The translations under genes and the position numbers were made by a program. From Gammaproteobacteria bacterium (lineage in GTDB: Bacteria; Pseudomonadota; Gammaproteobacteria; GCA-002705445; GCA-002716945): a DNA stretch of 64,000 bases. The DNA is taken from assembly GCA_016779485.1 (NCBI GenBank), contig JADHNN010000002.1:580-64579 (forward strand). The letters are read 5' to 3'. The notes under the pieces are model-generated. The model was not told where the DNA came from. It saw only the letters and a list, made by a program, of their open reading frames with translations, and did no database searches. Positions 1 through 9,033 of the stretch are shown here, piece after piece (position 1 is the first letter of the stretch; each line of letters opens with the position of its first letter).

Positions 1-17
1 ATCTAACAATCGATAAA

Positions 18-308
18 ATGGATAAAGTCAAAATATCTAAAAAGAAAGATGACACAGACAATACTTATATTTCATGCATATTTGCTGAACGAGAAATCAC
101 TTATGTTTTTAATGAAACTAAAAGTACATTTAAAAAAATTGATGGATTATCTGAAACTAATTATTCAGTTAAATTTAATGAAACTTTTATAGTCGCAAAT
201 AACCTAAGTAATGAATTGAAAATTAATCGTGTATCTGGCAGTGCTAGTATAGTTAATAACATCACTACTACAGGGAGATGTAAATTGACAGATAAAACAA
301 GATTCTAG
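18..308 (+). CDS. hypothetical protein. No in-frame stop lies between window position 3 and the ATG, so the protein may start upstream of the window.
   Basis: 96-aa ORF immediately upstream of gmhA with a 2-nt gap. No recognisable motif. Confidence 0.3.
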   Translation: MDKVKISKKKDDTDNTYISCIFAEREITYVFNETKSTFKKIDGLSETNYSVKFNETFIVANNLSNELKINRVSGSASIVNNITTTGRCKLTDKTRF

Positions 309-310
309 CA

Positions 311-895
311 ATGAATATTTCAAAAATTATAACTAATAGTCTCAACGAATCATTAAAAGTAAATAAAGATTCTGTAATAGATGATAATTTTTTTCAACAA
401 CTTGAAATAGCATCTAGTTTACTTATAGAAACTTTCAAAAATAATGGCAAGGTTTTACTTGCTGGGAACGGAGGGAGCGCGGCAGATTGTCAACATATTG
501 CTGCAGAATTTATTGGAAGATTAAATTTTGATCGAGAACCTCTACCAGCTATTGCTCTTACTGCTAATACATCAAATTTAACATGTATTGCAAATGATTA
601 TGGTTATGAAAAAATATTTTCTAGACAAATTAAAGCATTAGCAAAATCAAATGATACTCTGATAGTCTATAGCACATCTGGTAAATCAAAAAATATAATT
701 AATGCATTAGTAGAGGCTAGGCCTCTAGTTAAGTCTATAATTTCTCTTACTGGAGCATATACAAATGATCTTATAAAATATTCAGATGCAGTTTTATCTG
801 TGAACACAGCTAAGACAACTAGGATACAGGAAATTCATGCTATTGCTGGACATATTATGTGCGAATGTGTTGAGGAAACATTATTTGACAATTGA
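311..895 (+). CDS. gmhA: SIS-domain phosphoheptose isomerase (GmhA/DiaA family)
   Basis: Motif KVLLAGNGGSAADCQHIAAEF, the STSGKS loop and a C-terminal IQEIH, all typical of D-sedoheptulose-7-phosphate isomerase/DiaA. About 190 aa. Confidence 0.8.
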   Translation: MNISKIITNSLNESLKVNKDSVIDDNFFQQLEIASSLLIETFKNNGKVLLAGNGGSAADCQHIAAEFIGRLNFDREPLPAIALTANTSNLTCIANDYGYEKIFSRQIKALAKSNDTLIVYSTSGKSKNIINALVEARPLVKSIISLTGAYTNDLIKYSDAVLSVNTAKTTRIQEIHAIAGHIMCECVEETLFDN

Positions 896-905
896 TTTAT
901 AATTG

Positions 906-934
906 TTGATGTTTAAAGTATAAAACATTATATT
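906..934 (+). promoter_or_regulatory. putative sigma70 promoter for fhs (-35 TTGATG, 17-nt spacer, -10 TATATT)
   Basis: TTGATG at 906-911 and TATATT at 929-934, followed by GAGGG SD and the ATG at 963. An AT-rich genome makes chance matches likely. Confidence 0.25.
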
Positions 935-962
935 TACTATACATATCACACGAGGGTAAAAC

Positions 963-2636
963 ATGAAATCAGACATAGAAATAGCACAAGCAGCTACACC
1001 AGAAAAAATATCAAAAATTGCTGCGAAACTAAATATACCAGAAGATTCAATTGAACCATTTGGTCATTATAAAGCGAAAATCTCACTTGATTACTTGAAC
1101 TCTCTTGATAGTAAAGATGATGGTAAGCTCATACTGGTCACAGCAATAAGTCCAACACCAGCAGGAGAGGGCAAAACTACAACTTCTGTAGGTTTGGGTG
1201 ACGCATTAAATCAAATTGGTAAAAAAGCGCTTGTAACTATACGAGAACCATCATTGGGTCCTGTTTTTGGTATGAAAGGTGGTGCAGCAGGAGGTGGTAT
1301 GGCACAAGTTATTCCTATGGAAGACATAAATCTTCACTTTACAGGAGACTTTAATGCAATACAGTTAGCAAATAATTTGCTTGCAGCAATGTTAGATAAC
1401 CATATTCATCACGGTAACAAATTGGGTATTGATGTTAGAAGAGTTGCATGGAAAAGGGTTCTTGATATGAATGATAGAGCTTTAAGAAGTACAGTATGCT
1501 CATTGGGGTCCGTAGGAAATGGGTTTCCCAGACAAGATGGTTTCGACATTGTCGTCGCTTCCGAAATTATGGCCATATTTTGTCTTGCAACATCAATCAA
1601 AGACCTAAAAGAAAGACTCAGTAAAATTGTAGTTGCATACACTCGTGACCGTAAACCAATACTTGCAAAAGATATAAATGCTCATGGTGCGATGACAGTA
1701 TTACTCAAAGATGCTATGAAACCAAATCTCGTTCAAACACTAGAAAATAATCCTGCGATGATTCATGGCGGTCCATTTGCAAATATCGCTCATGGATGTA
1801 ACTCTGTTATTGCTACAAAAGCATCACTTAAATTAGCTGACTATGTTGTTACTGAAGCAGGTTTTGGAGCAGACCTGGGTGCTGAAAAATTTCTTGATAT
1901 AAAATGTCGGAAGGCAAATTTAAAACCATCTGTTGTTGTGCTCGTCGCTACTATAAGAGCTTTAAAGTATCATGGTGGTTGTTCTTTAGAGGATCTCAAC
2001 AAAGAAAACACAGATTACTTATCAAAAGGGCTTACTAATCTAGAAAGGCATGTGCATAACTTAAAAAATCATTATGGTTTACCAGTTGTTGTAGGTATCA
2101 ATGGATTCAGCTTTGATACAGATAAAGAAAAAGACTTGCTTAAAGCTAAATCAAAAGAATTAGATGTACCTATAGTATCATCTACGCACTGGGCTGATGG
2201 TGGAGCCGGAGCAAAAGAACTTGCAGAAGCAGTCGTTCAAACGATAGATGAATCTGAAAATAATTTTGAATTTTTATATCCTGATGATATGAGCTTATGG
2301 GATAAAATGGAAACAATTGCAAAAAAAATCTATGGTGCATCTGGAATATCAGCACCAGCAAATGTTAAAAAACAAATTGATGACCTTCAAGAAAATGGCT
2401 ATGGGAAATTTCCTGTATGTGTTGCTAAAACTCAATATTCTTTTTCAACTGATCCATCAAAACGTGGAGCGCCATCTAATCATGAAATACCAATAAGAGA
2501 GGTTAGGCTGTCAGCTGGGGCAGAATTTATTGTAATGGTATGCGGAGATATCATGACTATGCCAGGCTTACCAAAAGTACCTGCAGCTGAAAGAATTGAT
2601 ATTGACGATGATGGAAACATTATTGGTCTATTTTAA
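963..2636 (+). CDS. fhs: formate--tetrahydrofolate ligase
   Basis: 557 aa with a [12 protein letters not shown]-loop and full-length similarity to FTHFS. Confidence 0.95.
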   Translation: MKSDIEIAQAATPEKISKIAAKLNIPEDSIEPFGHYKAKISLDYLNSLDSKDDGKLILVTAISPTPAGEGKTTTSVGLGDALNQIGKKALVTIREPSLGPVFGMKGGAAGGGMAQVIPMEDINLHFTGDFNAIQLANNLLAAMLDNHIHHGNKLGIDVRRVAWKRVLDMNDRALRSTVCSLGSVGNGFPRQDGFDIVVASEIMAIFCLATSIKDLKERLSKIVVAYTRDRKPILAKDINAHGAMTVLLKDAMKPNLVQTLENNPAMIHGGPFANIAHGCNSVIATKASLKLADYVVTEAGFGADLGAEKFLDIKCRKANLKPSVVVLVATIRALKYHGGCSLEDLNKENTDYLSKGLTNLERHVHNLKNHYGLPVVVGINGFSFDTDKEKDLLKAKSKELDVPIVSSTHWADGGAGAKELAEAVVQTIDESENNFEFLYPDDMSLWDKMETIAKKIYGASGISAPANVKKQIDDLQENGYGKFPVCVAKTQYSFSTDPSKRGAPSNHEIPIREVRLSAGAEFIVMVCGDIMTMPGLPKVPAAERIDIDDDGNIIGLF

Positions 2637-2698
2637 ATACTCATACTTTGTCAATCATCAATATGTAGTATGCGATAAATGTAGTATTATCATTTTCT

Positions 2699-3379
2699 GT
2701 GGAACTGATACTGCAATCATTATTTAATATACTCAAGTTTGATCAAAGCTTTATAGATATAGTATACTTATCTCTTCTCGTATCCTTAGTAGCAACAATT
2801 GTTTCTGCATTTATATCCATAATTATTTCAAGCCATATGGCTATAAAAGACTTCTTTGGAAAAGAATTTTTGATTATAGTCATAAACTCTTTTATGAGCA
2901 TACCTCCTGTAGTGGTCGGTCTAGTTCTATATTTGCTATTTTCTTCATCTGGTTATCTGGGTTATCTTGATCTTTTATACACAGCAGAAATTATGGTAAT
3001 CGCACAATTTATTATTGTCACTCCAATTATTATATCGCTGTCCTTTAGGACCCTTAGTGATCAATATGAACGGTTAAGTGACTACCTTCAATCTTTAAAA
3101 TGTAGCTCTAAAATGGTACGTAATACGATTATATTTGAATCACGGTACGATCTATTAATTATAATAATTACTGGATTGAGCAGGGCGTTATCTGAAGTTG
3201 GTGCTGTAATAATAGTAGGGGGTAATATTGATAATCTTACTAGAGTTATGACTACAAGCATTGTATTAGAAACATCTAGAGGCGAGCTATCTTTAGCATT
3301 AAGTTTAGGAATTTCTCTGATAATCATTGCTCTTATAATGAATTTTTTAATAGCATTAATTAAAAAAAGAATATTATGA
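2699..3379 (+). CDS. tupB: ABC transporter permease, tungstate/molybdate-type (TupB-like)
   Basis: 226-aa polytopic membrane protein. C-terminal SEVGAVIIVGGNI motif typical of the TupB/WtpB anion permease family. Its stop overlaps the start of the ATPase gene. Confidence 0.6.
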   Translation: MELILQSLFNILKFDQSFIDIVYLSLLVSLVATIVSAFISIIISSHMAIKDFFGKEFLIIVINSFMSIPPVVVGLVLYLLFSSSGYLGYLDLLYTAEIMVIAQFIIVTPIIISLSFRTLSDQYERLSDYLQSLKCSSKMVRNTIIFESRYDLLIIIITGLSRALSEVGAVIIVGGNIDNLTRVMTTSIVLETSRGELSLALSLGISLIIIALIMNFLIALIKKRIL

Positions 3380-4002
3380 AAGATATTTATATTTCAAAAA
3401 ACTTGTCTTATAAAATAAAAAATAACTATATCTTAAATGACATCAATTGCAGTGTTAAAAATAAAGCTATTACTGTAATAAAAGGCCACAACGGTGCTGG
3501 CAAAACATCATTCTTAAGAATCTTATATGGCCTAGAGAAAGCTACAGCTGGCTATGTGTATCGTAATTTTGATCAAAACAAAACTAAAACATCATATTTA
3601 TTTCAAAATTCAGTTTTTTTAAACAGATCTGTAAAAGAGAATCTTATGCATCTTTTAAAGTGTAAAAAAATAACAAAACATAAATGGAGAGATATTATTA
3701 AAAATGGATTAGAGAATTTTAATTTAAAACACTTATCTAATTTAAATATAAATTCATTATCAGGTGGAGAGCTTCAATTGCTTGCGGTAATTAGAAGTAT
3801 ACTAATACAACCTGATGTATTATTTCTTGATGAACCAACTAATAATCTTGATAAAAACAATATAGATCTTGTGTCTGATATGATATTAAAATTAAACAAC
3901 AAGGGCTGTACTATAATAATAGCTAGCCATGATGACTTATTGTTGGATAAGATTATATATAATGAGATTAATATACAAGAAGGATTTTTGACTCATGTTT
4001 AA
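3376..4002 (+). CDS. tupC: ABC transporter ATP-binding protein (TupC-like)
   Basis: Walker A GHNGAGKTS, signature LSGGELQ, Walker B LFLDEP. A short 208-aa ATPase translationally coupled to the neighbouring genes. Confidence 0.6.
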   Translation: MKDIYISKNLSYKIKNNYILNDINCSVKNKAITVIKGHNGAGKTSFLRILYGLEKATAGYVYRNFDQNKTKTSYLFQNSVFLNRSVKENLMHLLKCKKITKHKWRDIIKNGLENFNLKHLSNLNINSLSGGELQLLAVIRSILIQPDVLFLDEPTNNLDKNNIDLVSDMILKLNNKGCTIIIASHDDLLLDKIIYNEINIQEGFLTHV

Positions 4003-4789
4003 AGTTATACATCTACTACTATTATTCCTTTTACTACCATTGAATTCTATAGGTGAAACCCTTGTTATACAGTCAACAACATCTACAAGGGATTCTGGTT
4101 TATATAATTATTTATTACCGAAATATCCAAATTTTAATTCTATCAAAATTAAAGTGATCGCTGTTGGTACTGGACAAGCAATTAAAAATGCACAAAATTG
4201 TGATGGGAGTATTCTTATTGTTCACGACGAAAAACGTGAATTGGAATTTATGTCAAAAGGATATGGAATAAAAAGACATGCGCTCATGTACAATGATTAT
4301 GTTCTAATTGGACCTAATGATGATACGTATGTATCTGAATCAAGTAACATAGCTGAAGCTTTTTCAAGAATTCATGAAAAACAGTATAATTTTATATCTA
4401 GGTCTGATTCTAGCGGCACTCATTCTGCAGAGCTTGCTATTTGGAAACAATTATCACTAAATCCAAAAAGATATAGTGGCAAATGGTATTTTGAGTCAGG
4501 GCAAGGAATGGGTCCTTCATTAAATATAGCTGTTGCTCTTAATGGATATATATTTTCTGATAGGTCATCTTGGATTAGATTTAAAAATAAGAGAAATCAT
4601 AAGATAATATATGCTAATAACAATGAACTTAAAAATAAGTACGGGATGATTCTAGTCAATAATCAGCGATGTCCTTCTCTGAATTATGAGAACTCTTTAG
4701 ACTTATACAACTGGTTATCTTCCCAAGATGCTGCAAAACTCATTAGTAATTACAGTATTAATAATCAAAATGTTTTTTATATAGATTAA
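3995..4789 (+). CDS. tupA: periplasmic tungstate-binding protein (TupA-like substrate-binding protein)
   Basis: Signal peptide followed by TTSTRDSGL, the anion-binding motif of the TupA/WtpA family. Last gene of the three-gene ABC operon. Confidence 0.55.
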   Translation: MFKVIHLLLLFLLLPLNSIGETLVIQSTTSTRDSGLYNYLLPKYPNFNSIKIKVIAVGTGQAIKNAQNCDGSILIVHDEKRELEFMSKGYGIKRHALMYNDYVLIGPNDDTYVSESSNIAEAFSRIHEKQYNFISRSDSSGTHSAELAIWKQLSLNPKRYSGKWYFESGQGMGPSLNIAVALNGYIFSDRSSWIRFKNKRNHKIIYANNNELKNKYGMILVNNQRCPSLNYENSLDLYNWLSSQDAAKLISNYSINNQNVFYID

Positions 4790-4864
4790 TATTACATAAT
4801 ATATATTATACGAACATTAATGTACACCTAGAATATATATTATAGATAACCTATTCTATTAGTA

Positions 4865-6370
4865 ATGGAAATTACACCAGACAATAAGGAAGTTGACCTT
4901 CATCTAATTTTAGGTAATCAGCTTTTCCCAATATCAAATATGAGGGATACAGTAAATGCTAAAAAGATTTTCATGAAAGAAGATTATGAACTATGTACTT
5001 ATCAAAAGCATCATAAGCATAAAATAACACTATTCTTGTCATCAATGAGATCATACAAAGACTATTTAGAAAAGCATAATTATAAAGTTGATTATCAATA
5101 TTTTAATTCAGATAAAACACATACATATTTAGATTCTTTAAGAAGTTATATAAAAGAGAAAAATATTAAAACCATGAGTATGTGGCAAATTGAAGACAAA
5201 TGGTTTGAAAATATAATAAAGAAAATATCAGTAGATTTAACTGATTTAATAATACTCAAAAGTCCTATGTTTATAACAACAAAAGATGAATTTCTTAAAA
5301 TGTGCCCAGAAACAAATAAACCCAAGTATAAGATGACTAATTTCTATATAAATCAGAGAAAGAAATTGGATATTTTGATGGACAATGGTAAACCTGTTGG
5401 TGGTAAATGGACATATGACAGTGATAATAGAAAGAAGATAAGTCAAAAAATATTACCTCCTGCAATTAAGCAATTTAAGGAAACAAAACATACTAGGGAT
5501 ATAAAAGCTATCGTATCTAAATATTTTGATACACATTATGGAAATATTGATGATTTCAACTACCCTACTACTCGAAAAGAAGCCCTTGAAAATCTAGATG
5601 ATTTTTTAGTTAATAAGTTTAAATATTTTGGAGATTATGAAGATTCTGTTGATCAAAGGTCTCACCTTTGGTTTCATTCAAATTTAAGCTCTTCTCTCAA
5701 TCTGGGTTTAATAACACCTATTGATATAATCAATAAAATCAATGATATAAAAGGAATACCTATAAACTCATATGAAGGTTTTATACGTCAGATTATTGGT
5801 TGGCGTGAATTCATGAGAGGCTTGTATCAACTAGAAAGTAAAACAATTGAGAAAGGTAATTTCTTTAAGCATGAAAGAAAGCTTTGCGATTCTTGGTATG
5901 AAGGAAAAACGGGCATAGATCCTCTTGATTACAGTATCAAAAGTACTATTAAACATGCTTATTCTCACCATATCGAAAGACTTATGATACAGGTCAATCT
6001 TATGAATTTATGTGAAATTGAACCAAAGAGTGCCTATAACTGGTTTATGGAGCTATATATTGACTCTTCGGACTGGGTGATGACACCAAATGTTTACAGT
6101 ATGGGTTTATTTGCTGATGGAGGGATAATGGCAACTAAGCCATATATTTGCGGATCAAATTATATTTTAAAAATGATGAATTTTAAAAAAGGTAATTGGT
6201 GTGATATTTTTGATGGTCTATATTGGAGATTTATTGATAAAAATAGAGCTTTTTTTAAAACTAATCCAAGGTTAAACATGATGGTAAATTTATTTGATAA
6301 AATGAAAAGAGATAGAAAAGATATAATATTATTTAAAGCAGATAACTTTTTAAAAAATCACACAAAATGA
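4865..6370 (+). CDS. cryptochrome/photolyase-family protein (photolyase-related protein, possibly of the Fe-S bacterial cryptochrome/(6-4) photolyase type)
   Basis: 501 aa. The N-terminus HLILGNQLF matches the deoxyribodipyrimidine photolyase-related protein family. The C-terminal FAD-binding region carries 4 Cys. Followed by DUF393 and DUF2256 genes. Confidence 0.8.
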   Translation: MEITPDNKEVDLHLILGNQLFPISNMRDTVNAKKIFMKEDYELCTYQKHHKHKITLFLSSMRSYKDYLEKHNYKVDYQYFNSDKTHTYLDSLRSYIKEKNIKTMSMWQIEDKWFENIIKKISVDLTDLIILKSPMFITTKDEFLKMCPETNKPKYKMTNFYINQRKKLDILMDNGKPVGGKWTYDSDNRKKISQKILPPAIKQFKETKHTRDIKAIVSKYFDTHYGNIDDFNYPTTRKEALENLDDFLVNKFKYFGDYEDSVDQRSHLWFHSNLSSSLNLGLITPIDIINKINDIKGIPINSYEGFIRQIIGWREFMRGLYQLESKTIEKGNFFKHERKLCDSWYEGKTGIDPLDYSIKSTIKHAYSHHIERLMIQVNLMNLCEIEPKSAYNWFMELYIDSSDWVMTPNVYSMGLFADGGIMATKPYICGSNYILKMMNFKKGNWCDIFDGLYWRFIDKNRAFFKTNPRLNMMVNLFDKMKRDRKDIILFKADNFLKNHTK

Positions 6371-6720
6371 TCAAGGTATTATTTAATGATAGTTGTTCTA
6401 TATGTTCAAAAGAGATAAATCATTATAAATCTATTGATAACAATATTATATGGATAGATATCAATAACTTGAAGGTATCATATAAATTAACAGGAAAGAG
6501 TCATAAAGAACTATTAAGGCGCTTGCATGTAGTAAAAGATGGTAAGGTCTATTCTGGAGTTAGAGCATTTGCAATTATGTGGCTACATATCCCAAAATAT
6601 AAATGGTTAGCTAGACTAGTTTCACTGCCTTTTATCTATCATATCTCAATACTGCTTTACGAGATAATAGCTTTTTTCCTTTATCTAAAAAACAAACATC
6701 AGCTAAATGAAAAAAGGTAA
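6367..6720 (+). CDS. DUF393 thiol-disulfide oxidoreductase (DCC family)
   Basis: 117 aa with an N-terminal [12 protein letters not shown] (CxxC) motif. The DUF393/DCC family commonly sits next to photolyase-related genes. There is a 4-nt overlap with the upstream gene. Confidence 0.7.
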   Translation: MIKVLFNDSCSICSKEINHYKSIDNNIIWIDINNLKVSYKLTGKSHKELLRRLHVVKDGKVYSGVRAFAIMWLHIPKYKWLARLVSLPFIYHISILLYEIIAFFLYLKNKHQLNEKR

Positions 6721-6853
6721 TCTTCCAACAAAGACATGCCCAGTGTGTAACTTACCGTTTACATGGCGGAAAAAATGGCAAAAAGACTGGGAAAATGTCA
6801 AGTACTGCTCAGAAAGATGTAAAAAAGTAAAATTTAAAAATACTTTGAAATAG
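6707..6853 (+). CDS. DUF2256 domain protein (small Cys-rich protein; not in the ORF track because it is shorter than 60 aa)
   Basis: 48-aa [51 protein letters not shown]. The C..C..F.WRKKW...W..VKYCS.RC pattern is the DUF2256 signature. Overlaps the DUF393 gene's 3' end by 14 nt in another frame. Confidence 0.65.
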   Translation: MKKGNLPTKTCPVCNLPFTWRKKWQKDWENVKYCSERCKKVKFKNTLK

Positions 6854-7409
6854 AAAGCATTAGTATATCTACTCCATCATTTTTGCTTTCTAGACCTCCA
6901 TTTGAGTAATGAAATAAGTTTAGTACAGAGCGATAAGTCTCTCTCTCATACCCTACTCCCAATCTACTTTCAATTTGATAGTATGAACCTAAGTCAGCCC
7001 CTCCCATAGAATCATTATTATGAATTGACAGCCCTAATCCTAGATCAAGAAAAGTATGCTGAGTTGTATATTTTCTAATAATTCGTGAATAAGAGATAGA
7101 TAAATTCGAAGAGTCAAGGCTCGATGTTGCATACGTGCTATTTAGCGCGTTAAGGCGCGAATCATCTTTCCAAAAATTCAAACCGATATCAGATAAGTAA
7201 TCAAAATCATATCTACTATTATGAGATAAGTGCGTTTGATACGATATTCTCAGAGCGTTAAAACTTCCACCATATGCGCCTCCACCTTCTCCAGCGCCAA
7301 TACCTATGAAATACTTAGAGTTTCCCTTATTCGATTCAATTCCACCAGCAAATATGTGTGTTGTAAATAATAATATAGATAAAATAAAGAGATTTTTTAT
7401 TTTAATCAC
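6834..7409 (-). CDS. outer-membrane lipid A deacylase-like protein (PagL / acyloxyacyl hydrolase family)
   Basis: Signal peptide and about 190 aa. Gly-rich, predicted beta-barrel with an HYSNGG motif near the C-terminus resembling the PagL His/Ser active site. Confidence 0.45.
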   Translation of the reverse strand: MIKIKNLFILSILLFTTHIFAGGIESNKGNSKYFIGIGAGEGGGAYGGSFNALRISYQTHLSHNSRYDFDYLSDIGLNFWKDDSRLNALNSTYATSSLDSSNLSISYSRIIRKYTTQHTFLDLGLGLSIHNNDSMGGADLGSYYQIESRLGVGYERETYRSVLNLFHYSNGGLESKNDGVDILMLSISKYF

Positions 7410-7882
7410 TGATTTCTCCTAAATTTCCAAGGTTCTATGATTTTTTTTTCATTCCACAAACCTTTTTTGTTCATTTTAGCATAGTCTTCTAGATTTTTGA
7501 GGTAAGGATTATTTGCATAAGTTTTATATATCCATGCATTACCACTTTTTATCATTTTTGCATTAACAAAAATAGACTCCTTTGTATTATGGATGTATAT
7601 TTCACCCAAATGTCTATTATAACGATCTTTTTTGTTGGTATTTACCTCAATCATCTTATGAAGGACGAGATTAGATAGAAAGTTTCTGCTTCTTATTCCA
7701 AAGTGTTGTTTTAGCTCAGGAGCATCTATATAACTCAGCCTTACTTTAATATGCTTATTATCTTTTTTAATCCAAATCGTATCGCCATCTATTACTTTTA
7801 TAACAGTAGCTTTATATTGTTCTGCATACACAGGAGTAGTAGTAATAATAAGTAATAAAATTAAATATTTTCTAAAAAACAT
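7406..7882 (-). CDS. secreted thermonuclease (staphylococcal nuclease-like)
   Basis: Signal peptide, then VIDGDT...VRLSYIDAPE, the SNase catalytic/Ca-binding motif. Overlaps the metX 3' end. Confidence 0.75.
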   Translation of the reverse strand: MFFRKYLILLLIITTTPVYAEQYKATVIKVIDGDTIWIKKDNKHIKVRLSYIDAPELKQHFGIRSRNFLSNLVLHKMIEVNTNKKDRYNRHLGEIYIHNTKESIFVNAKMIKSGNAWIYKTYANNPYLKNLEDYAKMNKKGLWNEKKIIEPWKFRRNQ

Positions 7883-9015
7883 TTTATTTCTTTGGTGAAT
7901 ATTTCAAGATCAACAAGAAAAGAGTCATGACCTTGGATACAATCTAAGCTCTTGTAAATTGCTTTAGTAGATCCGCTTGATAAACATTCTGCAAGTTCTT
8001 TTTGTTGACTAATAGGAAATAGCGTATCTGTTTTTACACCTAGTACTAATGCATTAGTAAGTGTTGTATTACCCAGTACCTTCTCTGGCGATGAGCCATA
8101 ATCAATTAAATCAAACCAATCTATTGCTCTTGACAAATACAAGTATGAATTAGCATCAAAAACATCCTGAAATTTAATCGCTAAATGCTCCAAATAAGAT
8201 TCAATTTCAAATTCAAAGCCTGTATTTTCTATACCAAATGTGTTTTGAGTAATTTCTGCTTTAGATGATCTTTTTCTTCCAAACCGTTGAGCCCATTCAT
8301 CTGCAGATCTATAAGATAACATACCTAATTTTCTGGCTATTCTTACACCATTTGATGGAGGGTTTTCATGAGAATAATATCCATTTTTCCACAATGGATC
8401 TTTTCTGATTACCTCTCTTTGGAGAGATCTTATTGCAATAGAGTAAGGCAAAGATTGTCTTGCTGTAGATATAGCTATAAAGTTTTTTACTAAGTTACTA
8501 TTTTGAACCAGTAAAGCTAGTGCATGCATACCGCCCATAGATGGGCCCACGAGAGTGTGTATGTGATCAATCTCCAATTTATCAAGCAAAAGCTTAGTTG
8601 CCTGAGCCATATCATCAATAGTTAATTCTGGAAATGTCAATCTATAAGGCTCGCCAGTTATTTCGTTTATGGATGCAGGTCCTGTAGAACCAAAACAACT
8701 TCCTAGAGAGTTTATGCAGATAATATAATACTTATCTATATCAAAGGCTTTATTTTTACCAACCATCCCATCCCACCATCCTGGTGCAGGATTAGATAAA
8801 TTTGATGCTACATGAGAGCTTGCACTAAGGCCTGTTAGAATCACTATGACATTATCTTTAGTTGAAGATAATTTACCCCATGTCTCATAAGCTAAGACAG
8901 GATTAGACAGACTGCCACCTCTTTTCATATTTATAGATTCTGCAATTTTGCACTTATGAAAACCTGGATTAGATTTTTCAAAAAGATTAATAATATTATT
9001 ATCTGATTTTTGCAT
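7861..9015 (-). CDS. metX: homoserine O-acetyltransferase
   Basis: 384-aa alpha/beta hydrolase with a GPSMGGMHAL nucleophile elbow and MetX-like length and termini. Confidence 0.85.
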   Translation of the reverse strand: MQKSDNNIINLFEKSNPGFHKCKIAESINMKRGGSLSNPVLAYETWGKLSSTKDNVIVILTGLSASSHVASNLSNPAPGWWDGMVGKNKAFDIDKYYIICINSLGSCFGSTGPASINEITGEPYRLTFPELTIDDMAQATKLLLDKLEIDHIHTLVGPSMGGMHALALLVQNSNLVKNFIAISTARQSLPYSIAIRSLQREVIRKDPLWKNGYYSHENPPSNGVRIARKLGMLSYRSADEWAQRFGRKRSSKAEITQNTFGIENTGFEFEIESYLEHLAIKFQDVFDANSYLYLSRAIDWFDLIDYGSSPEKVLGNTTLTNALVLGVKTDTLFPISQQKELAECLSSGSTKAIYKSLDCIQGHDSFLVDLEIFTKEIKCFLENI

Positions 9016-9033
9016 ATTTGGATATTATTATGA

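Noticed and set aside
1409-1642. Antisense or shadow ORFs inside well-supported genes (e.g. 1409-1642, 3088-3327, 5246-5446, 10210-10482, 12306-12629, 13652-13834, 14774-14965, 15222-15814, 17090-17290, 20630-21088, 21743-22057, 24133-24699, 26578-27324, 28938-29622, 30433-30615, 30980-31189, 34725-34940, 36251-37101, 39823-40128, 42599-44122, 51776-52024, 56786-58009, 59237-59644, 61516-61713, 63099-63281)
   Set aside because: Each lies wholly within, and antisense to or out of frame with, a strongly conserved gene. They have low-complexity or unremarkable composition and no motifs. These are typical spurious ORFs.
2665-2690. GATAAATG...ATTATCATT resembling a Fur box upstream of the tup operon
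   Set aside because: It is a poor match to the 19-bp consensus, about 8 of 19 positions, and not convincing.
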